Assembly (NCBI GenBank): GCA_051362555.1
Contig: CM120648.1
Span: forward strand, 783,721-847,720
DNA: 64,000 nt
Source of the DNA: Lingula anatina
Taxonomy: Eukaryota > Animalia > Brachiopoda
Reading direction: 5' to 3'
This document shows positions 53,401 through 64,000 of this stretch, in pieces. The stretch's first letter is position 1. The number at the start of each line of letters is the position of its first letter. The notes beneath the pieces are model-generated. The model was given only the letters and a program-made list of their open reading frames with translations, had not been told where the DNA came from and ran no database searches. The position numbers and the translations under genes are program-made.

Positions 53401-54134
53401 TTGTAATATGAAAATGGAAAATTCTTTGGGAAAATAGAGTATAAATACTTGTAGATTCTTTGAAAAAAAGTGAGTCGGTGAATAAACGTTCGAAAGCTCC
53501 AAACTGTTGTCGTCATTCCACACTATAACAATAATTCGGTAATGGTCTCGTACGTATCAGTGTATCAGTTTCACCCATTAGCCATGTCATTCTTGTTGTA
53601 AAACATGTGCAATATTAAAGTTGTATGTGCTTGCGCGTGCGTACGAGTTTGTGTATTTTACCATTCTAGTCATCAAGGTAGCGGATGGACTGACTGAACT
53701 CCGCTTCAAATTGTGACGGTCTAGCATCTGCTGTTTTTCAGCGTCTGACAATCCATTGTCTCCTCTCTTGACGACAGCGGAAAATGCTTCAAGAAATAGA
53801 AATAATCGAGCAATAACATATAAAATTACACATCGATAAAGTAAGCATTTCCTTCACAAAATAGATATGTGAAATTTTACCCCGACCTTTATGCTTTCAA
53901 TCTCTTTACAGATTGTCATTTTCCCCGTTTACCTATAGAACCTGCTCTGACAGTTATTTGGATCCCCAGGCAACAAAAATTGTAACGGACGTAATAACAA
54001 AAGTTAAATCTTTGCAGTGGTTCGCGTTCTTAACCATCTGTGCATATCAAGATACATATAAAGCATGTCAACTGTGACTTACCCTGTTCAGGCAAAAACG
54101 CTAAGGTAAGAATCAGCACTGTTAGAGTCAGCAT
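50427..54134 (-). CDS. CAP4: secreted CAP-EGF-like-ShKT-like protein, 8 exons, 304 aa; near-identical to CAP2 from exon 3 onward
   Basis: Exons 54134-54083, 53786-53662, 53113-52895, 52712-52600, 51689-51589, 51346-51308, 51095-50982, 50578-50427. 915 nt in frame. Confidence 0.9.
52187..52344. mobile_element. hAT-like MITE in CAP4 intron 4 (co-duplicated with 30963-31120)
   Basis: Same sequence and same 8-bp flanks. Confidence 0.75.
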
Positions 54135-54200
54135 TTTCTTCTGATGAGCAATTCTTCTGGTGTCTGCTTCCGCAATATAGCAAATACAGACACAACGGCC

Positions 54201-54281
54201 TTTTATATATTTAAAGACGGCGGGGGTACCCGGTTGCTCTATCAAATGACGTCTGATATGACGTCACACAGATCGACCAAT
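54201..54281 (-). promoter_or_regulatory. CAP4 promoter: TATA, CRE and CCAAT
   Basis: ttttata 54201, TGACGTCA 54259-54266, ccaat 54277-54281. Confidence 0.6.
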
Positions 54282-57200
54282 CATACCACAATTTGTGCAC
54301 AGTTTGCCTCCGTTTTATTTATCAGCTGATGTGACATTTGAAAAACAATGGGGAGGGCGTCTAAAATGTTGGGAAGAGTGGTTTCAATTTTTTTTTTTCG
54401 TATACCCCATTTGCACTCTTTGCACTTTTTATATTAGGGTTGTTTCAAATGTTTTTCTTCTACTGTATAATTATATCAATCATTTCAACACCCAGTTACC
54501 GCAAGCAGTGTTTTAACACCTAAAAGTCAACAGCAGTGTATCAATTGTGTAACTATGTGTATCTTAGATTTCAGTGCTCAATGTAGAGGTACAATGTATG
54601 TTCTTCATTTAACATTGCTACAGTACAGATACAATTCTCTAATCAGCACATTTAACGTGTGTGTGTTTCAATTTGCACCAAAGTTTTATAAAAAGCAGTT
54701 TAATTAACAATAGATGACATCCCAAAACAAAATAAAACAGATGAATGTACCATGCCAATTAAACTGCAAGAGTAAAAAAAATCATAAATTGTTATTGATT
54801 ACTTTTTTGGCAAAATTTAGCTTACTTGCCAAAAAAAGGTAAACAGTATACACTCCATGTACTTGGGGCTTTAAAATATCTTTAAAAAACTACAAGGGTG
54901 GTTTTAATGTGGACTTTTAATTTCAATTCCGAGATAATTACTTGGCAGAGGCTGAATGCATAAAGATATGTGTAGTTCCGCGTGTGATGCTCGCATCTGG
55001 ACGCTGGCAGAGCAGAGAAGTAAGAGACTCCAGATGGACAGGATGGACGAATAATTGTTCGATATCACTTAATAAAGATTTCAAAAATATTATTTAAAAA
55101 TTCTTAGGGAGGGAAGTCATTCCTCCCCCTCTATTTAGCTTTAACGTAAAACGTATAAACAGGGAAAATTAGCACACGTGTAAATAGTAAAATATTCATG
55201 TGATCTTGCACGGGAAAATGGATAATTTAACTTCATTACAAGCCTTTCAACCAACGGTAAATGAGCATACAGGTATGATTATATAGTCAAATCTAACAGG
55301 TGGACCACATTTATCGATGAATTAGCAGCAGTAAGTGGCTCGCACCTGTCACCAACGGGTGAAATTGTTCAAAATTGTGAATTTATTTGTAATTATTGGT
55401 AATCGAGGAACCCTCAACTCTTAGCACCAGCGCTAGTATACCCTGTACATATATCAAACGACAGTCGTTGTGCCACTTTCCTAAATTTTAACTAAGCCAT
55501 ACAGTGTACATTTTTCTTGGTACAGATCTCTTGCTGGTGAAACAAACGAGTGGAATATTGGTAAATAATTCTTTTTTTAGGGTCGGTGGCATTAGTTAAG
55601 TTGCACATATTTTCTTAGTGATATTTTACGTAATACTCGTATACCTATAGCTGGTTCTTTATACAGTAGATGTATGTTTCCATGTTTTCATAATGGTAGA
55701 GGTAAAAACAATATGTTGCAAGGTGATACGAGTCTTATTGTATATGTTGTTTTGTGGAGCCTAGAAGAAACCTGGATAGAAACCACCAAATAGACCATTC
55801 ACAGACGAATGTAGTGCTGTTAGAAAAATTAGTGATTTTTTCCTAATTTTTCCTGACATTTCTTGTGTGTTAATGGTGTCAACTAGCAGGCTAGGCTGTA
55901 AACTAAGGTTTTATTTATTTATTTTTTTTTCAGGACCAGGCACAGGTTTCGTGCAGTCGTGAGACCTCTGGCGGAGGGAGCTACTGGCTGTGAGCGGTGT
56001 AGGGGGTTGTTTACATGTAAAAACATGAGGGGTGCACGTGTTCTAGTACTGCTGGTAAAAAAGAAGCTTTGCAACAGTATAGTTTTGTGCCATTTGTGTG
56101 CTATCCAAAGGGATGAGAAATGTTTCACCAAGTAATTTTGTTCATGCAGTTTTGCAGGCAATTCTTTGTATGGCCGTCAATGGAAATATTTGGTGGTTTC
56201 TGTTCTTCCTTCAACTCTGCCTTCAACGTATCCGTGCCCCCCCCCCCCCCCCCTTCAAATAATCCTGGATCCTCCCTTGGTTAATATATGTACTCCTACA
56301 AGTAGGTTGACTTTCCAAACTGGAAGACGAGGTAGTAAGTATAAATACATTCAGACTGTAAGTGAATCAAGATATTTTCCTTAATTTTTCTGCGTATTAA
56401 GACAAGTAGACTCACTTAATGTACATTAAAGTCTATAGCACATCACCTCTACGGGGCCATAATGTATGAGTAGATTAGGGACGAAGGAAGCAAATCTATC
56501 GTTTGTGATATTCCCATTCATACGAAATTTTATGAGTACTGGATAGACCTTAAGAACCACCATACTTGTAGCCGCGTTGGTGTCGAGAGATATAATTTGA
56601 AAATATTATATTTCAGAGGTTAAGCAATCAATCGTCAAACACAAAATTACAATGAATAGCTATCAATTTCCTTTGCTTTTGTTGAGGCAGATCGAAATAC
56701 CAAAGTTTTGTTTGTTCTCGTGTAAAGTTCCAAAATACATGAAAATAAATTCATAATGTTCTCGTCGTTTAAATAAAATGCAATCATAAGTAAAGCAAAA
56801 TGAAAATATAACTCTTATTTTGAAGCAGTAAGCTTTTTATTCTTTTCCAATTCAGAAAGCATACATTGAATTTTTTTGTTTGTTTGTTTATTATCATTGA
56901 AATCATTACAGCATTCTATAATTTTTCACATGTCAAGCAGATGACTTTACAAGGCAATTTACTTAAAAATTGTTGAAAAGTGAAAACTGTCTTTACGGCA
57001 TCCGTCGGTTTTTATCAAAATAATTAAATTATGGATTGAAATAGCTTAGCGCGGAAAGTTCATTGGACTTTGAGCCACGTTTGAGTCTCGACTCAGATTC
57101 GAATGTCAGTTTTTGATTCTTGATTCATTCAAATAAAGAAAACAGAGCAAATCCTAATACACACACTGGACAATAGAAGTGTCACTCCTACTGAACCAAT

Positions 57201-57717
57201 ACTTTGCTGGAAATAAATGACTGTGGAATGATGTGCTCCTGGTATCATTTTATTAACATCAAATTTCACAAAAAGACCAACAATACAATTAATTATAAGT
57301 AGACCAGGCATTATAACTTTGATTACTCTGATTCAGTGGGTTAACACTTCTATTGTCCAGTATGTGTATAATATTAAGAACCATACCAAACAACAAAATG
57401 CATTATTACTTATTCTGAATAAATAATTGCTTAGCGCTGAAGATACATATGAACTGCTCAACACACGTTATAGTCATATTGACCCAAAAGTTACTATATT
57501 TTGTTGTACTCATTGAATGACCAAACATTTGATATTAATTAGTAGCACCACACAGGTGAGAGACAACACGTTTTCATCTCAAATAACAGTTCATCTGATA
57601 ATTAAGGAAGATTATGTTCGATGATTACCTGGCGTCATCTTATACGACATCCTATCCCATGCCTTGCAAGCACCGTCACCACGTTATAGATATAAATATA
57701 AGATTGATATAGATCTC

Positions 57718-58141
57718 TTATGCCGAATAGCCTCTGAAACGTCCCGCAGTTGTGGACACAGAGAAAACAACTCTGCAGTGTCCACATTTGATTACCTCTG
57801 CTACATGTTTCCGAGCACCTGTAAAATATTATTATTATTATTATTATTGTAAGGTAGAGCAGTATATGTTAGTGATATAGCTGGACCGGTATAATAGATA
57901 ACAGAGGCACAGCGTCCCCCGTTTTTTTCTGAAGTTGAATTTAAATTGAACTTCATTGCATGGCTGAACCTCTAAAAGCATCGATAGAAATAACGCTCGG
58001 TGATAACAATCCAAGAAATCACCACGTTTTTCTGGTTTGGCTGGACATTACGCCTTGGTTATTGTAAAAACGAAAAAAAGCATTTTGAAATAACACCTGA
58101 AAATTCACACGTGTGTGTGTGTGTGTGTGTGTGTGAGTGCA

Positions 58142-58177
<36 letters not shown>

Positions 58178-61100
58178 CTGTCCAAGAATAACTGACCTCA
58201 CAATCCTAACCACAGAGGTTGTTCTTGCACGCTCCGGTCTTGCACTTGGAGCAGCTTGGTCCTGCAATGTATGGTTTAGTTCCCATCCAGTTTCCTCTGG
58301 AAAATAAAACATAGCAAAACTGGAGAACACTTCGAGAATGCAGACCTCCGCCAAGGACAACCGTATTGTATACTTCATTCCTTATCTGACCCTGCTTTTT
58401 TAAATCCTTGGCATGTTGGTTTTTAGGCAATATCATTGTAATACATCTTATATTCATTTTTAGAACGCTCCTACATGTACATGTTTTATGGCCATTCTTC
58501 GAGTTTTCTCAAAACAAACTATGTTTAACAACAGTCCATTCGACAAGAAAAAAGAAAGTAAGAACTGAAGAAGAATTCTGCGTATTCATACTTACTGGGG
58601 CCAATATCTGCAGACGATATAATACCATGTGCCAAATATTGCCCCATTAGTGCACATATTTATACCACAGCCAACTTGCCGGGTAGTGGCCCACACGACC
58701 TTAATGAAAGAACATATCTTTCAGGATTCTTTCACTGGTTAACTTTTTAACACTAGTACTATCTGTTCATATAATGTTATAGAATATTGCTAGCGCACCA
58801 CCAAGCAAATATATGACGATATTTCGACGTCACTATGTCGCCCTGCTACCGCAATATGATGTCATCATGAACTTGTGTTAAGTTATATAACTTATTATTT
58901 ACATTCACACACCGATAGGTGCATGAATCATAGATTTCACCTCTAGCATATCTCCCAAATATAGGGAGACCGGGGCCAGTAGGACCCCGGGGTAAGTTGG
59001 CCCCTCGTCAATTTCTGAAAAAGCAACTACGAGGTAAAAAAATGATCACATTGTCTTGTTAAGTGACCGTATCCAACAATGTCAAAAAACCATGGTCATA
59101 AAAAAGTCTAAATTGGTAACATGAGGTTTCACACCAGGAGATCTGTATACTTGATACTAGTAATTGTGAATGTGCCGTTAGAACCAAGTCAAGGGGTTAG
59201 TAAATACAAGATTACGATTGAAATTATTAATTTCTTTAAAAACAAGAGTTAATAATTCGTTATCATTCATTACAAAATGGCGTTGCATATGTACATGTAG
59301 CTAAGTTCTTGGCCCTTGCTTTAAAACCGGTTTTGTTGCTTTAACTCATTCCCAGTTGGGTATACAAGACCTAAAGTACATGTACGTGTCTTACTGGGCT
59401 AACTTGACCCGGTCTCAAGTACCTCAGCACAAGTACGATGGTGGCTTGCAAAGAGGATCTCGGCAACTTAATTTTTAAGGTGACAAGTGAAATATCTAAT
59501 CTAAACGCTCTGTAATTTCGAAAGGTTTTATTTAAGTCGTCTAAATAAAGGATTCACTATTCAAAAAACTAAAATGACAAACAATTTATGAACGGATAGA
59601 ATTTAAGAAAGCCAGATTAGATTTTAAATATTTATATGGACTCTCACCTAAATACATCAAAGACTTACTGGGAATTGCAACCATGGACACTACAGTCGAA
59701 ACACCCGATCAAATAATAAGGGAAATATCTTGTTGGCAGACATAAAGACATACTAACTAAAGGCCCAATATGGACCTCGATTAAAAGATGGAACTGCCTA
59801 CACTCTGAAATCAAAAAATCTCCAAAGACTTGGATACTTTAAAAATATTGTTTTTAAAAAACCAAAAGTAACGTACAGAGGGCCATGTGTAAGATAAGTG
59901 TGTGCACTTAACATGTTTTACGCTCTTTATTATTATTATTATAATTATTATTATTATTATTCATTTATTGTAGTTACATGTAAATATAATTTATCATTAT
60001 GAATGCATTATATAGAATGAAAATAATGTACAAATGTGAATTATAGCTATAAAACAGTGATCGTTCGCAATTCAACTGCGGGTTTTCATTTATTACCCTT
60101 TGTGGATTTAAACACGATTTTGTAGACAGCTACGAGATTTTGGGGTAAAATTATTTTCTTTGTCCCTTACTTGAGTGTAATGTCCACACATTTCACCGTC
60201 GTTGCAGGAGTTCGAGGACAAATCGTACCACTTTTTCTCCTCGTCCCAGCCGTCCACGGCGTCCGTTGGTTCAGGAGGATTGGTGGAGACATACAAATTC
60301 TCACCGTAATTCCCTATTCTGTGGGCAAGTTTACAGCCCTCTGCCCAAGTCTGCGCCCCTGCAGCTAGTCTGTCGTCCCATATCTGATAAAACATTATTA
60401 GAACTACTTTTAACCTGTTTCATAAAAAGATCTACATGTACAGTTCGAAAACTAGTCTTAACTTTAAGTCGGTTGAAGTCAAATTATTTGAACGACCATG
60501 TCCATTTCATAAAAAGAGAAACATAGCTAATCCATAAAAAAATTTTAATTTTTTTATTTGGCATGGTATTAGTCCGACCAGTTCAGTCTTCTTATACCAT
60601 CAGCCTGATTTAACGTGTAAAAGACTCTTCTCTCTCTCTCTTTCTCTCTCTCTCTCCCTCTCTCTGTGCGCAGGTGTGTGTATATATGTGTGTGTTTACT
60701 ATTCCCACTAGCTTACTAGAATTTACTTGTACTGTACTAGGCCTCTGAATTATCATATAATACTGATATCACGTCAATTTTAAAGGTACAAATAATAGGA
60801 CTTAAAACATACTCTAAGTGCATGGATTGCTTCTCGTTGATCTTATCAACTTTATACAACTTTATACATTTTTTTTTTTTTTTTTTTTTGTATAAAGTGG
60901 TACACGCTGACTTAAACAATCTAATTGTTCACTATATTCCTACCACACTTTTTGTGAACAGAAGCATAACTTACATGTATATCGAAACTTGTGAAAATAC
61001 GTCCAGTTGAATGGTAAAAGCTAAAAATCAATATTCGCTCTAGTGGATCAACTGGTAACTTAAGGAGTCAAAACAATATTTTAAATATAATACCAATCTA

Positions 61101-62712
61101 GTCATCGAAGCAGCGGATGGACTGACTGAACTCCGCTTCAAATTGTGACGGTCTAGCATCTGCTGTTTTTCAGCTTCCGTCAATCCACCTTCTCTGTTGT
61201 GGACCACGACAAATGCTTTCAAAATAAAAAAGAAAAATTCCTTAGAGTTAAAGTCTTAAATAATAATGAGCCGTATGCATAATACCTTTTGTATTTCGAT
61301 AGATGTATTTCCATTTGTTATCGCTTCTTTTTGCTTTGGATTGGAAAAGAAAAAAAAATCGAAAAAAAACAAAGAGTCTCGAGACATAAGGAAGTACATA
61401 GATGAATAAATACGAAGTTGTGGAAAGCTACATGTTGTACATATATTTTGGTTATTTGAACAGTAATTCAAAAGCTTGAAATAAGCGTAAATGACCTTCA
61501 TCAACTAGGTGTGCAAGGATGACCAAAATGAAAGACTATTCCTTAGTAGTACGGTACAAGTGTACATAATGGACTTTAATTATCATGTTCCGTGTATGAA
61601 GTAAACAAACAAAAAATATGTGAATCAAATGAGTAAAAGGATAGTGATTTATTGAGTGAAAGTTAATTTTTAAGAGTCAGTAAGTGTAGAAAATGTTTTC
61701 ATGACAGAAAAAGATGGAACATGTCAAAGTCACATGTAGTATAATTTAATTGGTCAATTTCTCAAGAGAATGGCAAGTTTCTGACACGTGTTAAATACAT
61801 GCAACCTAAGGATGGATATGGTCTAAGCATGAGTAATTCAAATAATATTTTAAATATTTTAATTGAAAAAATATCTTAGTAATTACCTAATAAGGAAATG
61901 TTGCATCGTGGTTTGCAACGTGAGAAGTTTCTTGTATTCACGCAAAGACTATGATAAAAAAAAAAGTGAATACATGATCTGTACGGAGAAATAGAGTATA
62001 AATACTTTAAAAATTGTATGAAAAATGGAGTCGGTGAATAAAAGCTTGAAAGCTTTAGACAGTTGTCATTCCTCACTACAACAATTATTTCAAATGATAC
62101 TGAAAAACCCATAGCAAGATATGAATATACACTTGAAACTGGGTAAGATTGTCAAGCACTTTATGGAGAATCATGAACGACTGTGAGCAATCACGCTGTA
62201 CCTGTCTCTATACCTGACCTGTCACAGTCCATAGCTGTTGTTTCCTGGAACTAGTATGACTATGATATGCCCGACTGAGACTTCAAAGGTTGCTGAAATT
62301 ATCTCTTCTCTGGGCTGCGTAATTATGAAACATCATGAAGCCGGAAAAGGCACTTTCAAACTAAAGTCGGCTTCATCTGCAATGACCTTACTTTGTCTGA
62401 GCATAATATTATACCAACCAGTACGATTCTAGTGGATTTAAGAACAAATGATCTGACTTATATGAAATTTAAACCAATATCTTGTACAAGTACGTGTATC
62501 GATCGCGTGTGAAACTTCCGAGTATTTTTGCATACGCCGCAATTCCTGTGCATATTCAAGATGTCGATGTGTTTTGGTAAAACTGTCAGCTTCAAATTCT
62601 CTCATGCATTTGTTCAAATTACAACATTTTGCAAAATATAGGTAATCTGTTACTTACCCTGTTCAGGCAAAAAAGCTACAATAGTCAGAACCAAGAGTTT
62701 TAAAGTCAGCAT
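57718..62712 (-). CDS. CAP5: divergent secreted CAP protein lacking intact linker, EGF and ShKT exons; terminal exon uncertain
   Basis: Exons 62712-62658 (MLTLKLLVLTIVAFLPEQ), 61215-61094, 60383-60171 (IWDDRLA..GENL..CGHYTQ), 58699-58596 (VVWATTRQVGCG..VCRYWPQ), 58296-58211 (GNWMGTKPY..CSKC..CKNNLC). Then either a splice to 57818-57718 (GARKHVAEVIKCGHCR..YSA*, 226 aa total) or read-through to a stop at 58206. Confidence 0.78.
58023..58061 (-). pseudogene. Dead 39-nt pseudo-exon, homolog of the CAP linker exon 6
   Basis: tttttacAA|ta acc aag gcg TAA tgt cca gcc aaa cca gaa aaa CGT g|gtgatt. Same length as CAP2/4 exon 6, with acceptor AG>AA, an in-frame stop and Cys>Arg. Confidence 0.75.
58964..59419. 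mobile_element. TA-flanked MITE-like element (Tc1/mariner/pogo-like) in CAP5 intron 3
   Basis: ta|gggagaccggggccagt versus reverse complement of right end ta|cttgagaccgggtcaagt; imperfect. Confidence 0.5.
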
Positions 62713-62776
62713 CTTTTCCTGAACAATTACTCTGAGCTGCTTCACCACAGTGTGCAAATATAGACTTTAACTTGCC

Positions 62777-62857
62777 TTTAATACGCGCAACAACGGTCAT
62801 AGTATTTAGACGCTCTTTCACTTGACGTTGCCTATGACGTCACCCGGATCTACCAAT
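62777..62857 (-). promoter_or_regulatory. CAP5 promoter: TATA-like, CRE and CCAAT
   Basis: tttaata 62777, TGACGTCA 62835-62842, ccaat 62853-62857. Offsets +58 and +18 are identical to CAP1. Confidence 0.6.
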
Positions 62858-62916
62858 GGAAATTTACCCGATATGCAGAGACGCTAGCTGAAAGGGCAAT
62901 TAAGCGACTCTATATG

Positions 62917-63019
62917 TAATAGACAGACCCCGAGTCAGCGAGGGTTATGTGGCATACACGAATGCGTAGTACGAGTGGATGTTACATAACCCTCGCTGAC
63001 GAGGGATCTATCTTATTTA
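62917..63019. repeat. Palindromic hairpin element
   Basis: Perfect 17-bp arms gtcagcgagggttatgt (62933-62949) and acataaccctcgctgac (62984-63000), with imperfect extension inward and outward. Confidence 0.75.
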
Positions 63020-63053
63020 GACCACGGGTCCATTAGCGGGTTATAACGCATTC

Positions 63054-63360
63054 ATGCGAGACGTGCGGTTATGCGAGTTACACCACGTCTGGGTCTTTTG
63101 TACTTCACTTCCACCGTGGTCTAAACAGAAAATGAGAAACTTGTCAGAGGATATGACACGCAGGGTGAGGGCTCTGCAAGCGGCTGCTGGATGTCATACT
63201 TTTTTACGCTTTACTGTAATATGCCATTTTACTGTGTTGCATATCACTGATCCGGAGATTAACATAATCTTTAATACATGTATATATGCTTAAAGTTAAT
63301 ACTGACAACAAACTGTTGATATGGTTTTCTTGATGTGTTCTTTTCTTTTGGCTGATATCT
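63054..63360 (+). mobile_element. Degenerate Tc1-like transposase 3' remnant
   Basis: NLSEDMTRRVRALQAAAGCHT resembles the Tc1 C-terminal motif LvxSMprRvxAvixaxGghT. Recognised by eye only. Confidence 0.55.
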
Positions 63361-64000
63361 TAAGTCAGATTTGATGTTATAATAAATTAGTCAGCATATC
63401 TCACAATAGAAGACTGGATATTTGTATTACTCAATGACATACTTTTTGATCAATAAAGCCAAAAAGTTTAGTGTGCACTCAAACATCAATCAATTGTTAA
63501 AGCACAAATATAGAGTGTGAAATATTCATGAGTTTATGTAGGAAAAATAACGTAAGCTTTTCAACCAGTAGTTAATGAACATACGGGCAAGGTAATAGAT
63601 TTATGTAACAGCTGCGGCACATTTATTGATGAATCAGCAGCAGTGAGCAGCAATCACCTGTCTCCAAACGGTAAAACTTTAAAGGAATTATTAATTTACT
63701 TCTGTTTTGCCTATTCACGAGCCATTGTTCTTTGTGAACTTGGGTTTGGCAGTTTATGCATCTTCAATTAGAAAGTTTTAATTTTCAGTGGCTTGCCAAT
63801 CAATAAGAACGAAGCCTGTCATCCACACATGCACAGCACACGCACTGCACAAAAGGGAATGGTCTCGTTTTCACACTGAACAAAACACAGGGTTTTGTAT
63901 GGTGGCCTTGAATCGTAGACATTTTTATTTGTCGCGTGAAATTTCGTTTTTTTTTTTTTTTTTTTTTTTTTTTGGATTGATTGCATCTGACACGGAGCTA

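Overview
AT-rich, intron-rich animal genomic DNA, probably from a marine invertebrate (taxon not determinable from the sequence). The six-frame ORF track mostly misses the real genes because the exons are tiny. Splicing by hand along GT..AG sites on the minus strand gives seven secreted-protein genes in two tandem arrays. (i) Two proteinase K-like S8A subtilases with I9 propeptide and intact D/H/N/S catalytic residues: one complete (17 coding exons, 440 aa, 17666->9923) and one running off the left edge. (ii) Five CAP/SCP/CRISP genes. Four (CAP1-4, about 300 aa) have the architecture signal-CAP-hinge-small Cys linker-EGF-like-ShKT-like, with hypervariable CAP loops and ShKT exons. The fifth is divergent and has a dead linker exon and no intact EGF or ShKT exon. 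The array is mosaic (A-B-A'-B'-C, chimeric CAP2). It carries a young 5'-truncated Rex1/Babar-type LINE, an Academ-like non-autonomous element with a ~185-bp periodic YY1-like motif array, several MITEs, a Tc1 remnant and many microsatellites. Each family has a promoter module with conserved spacing: TATA-TGGGAA-CAGATG for the proteases and TATA-CRE-CCAAT for the CAPs. The most interesting reading, by inference only, is a rapidly evolving secretory, defence or toxin-like gene cluster.
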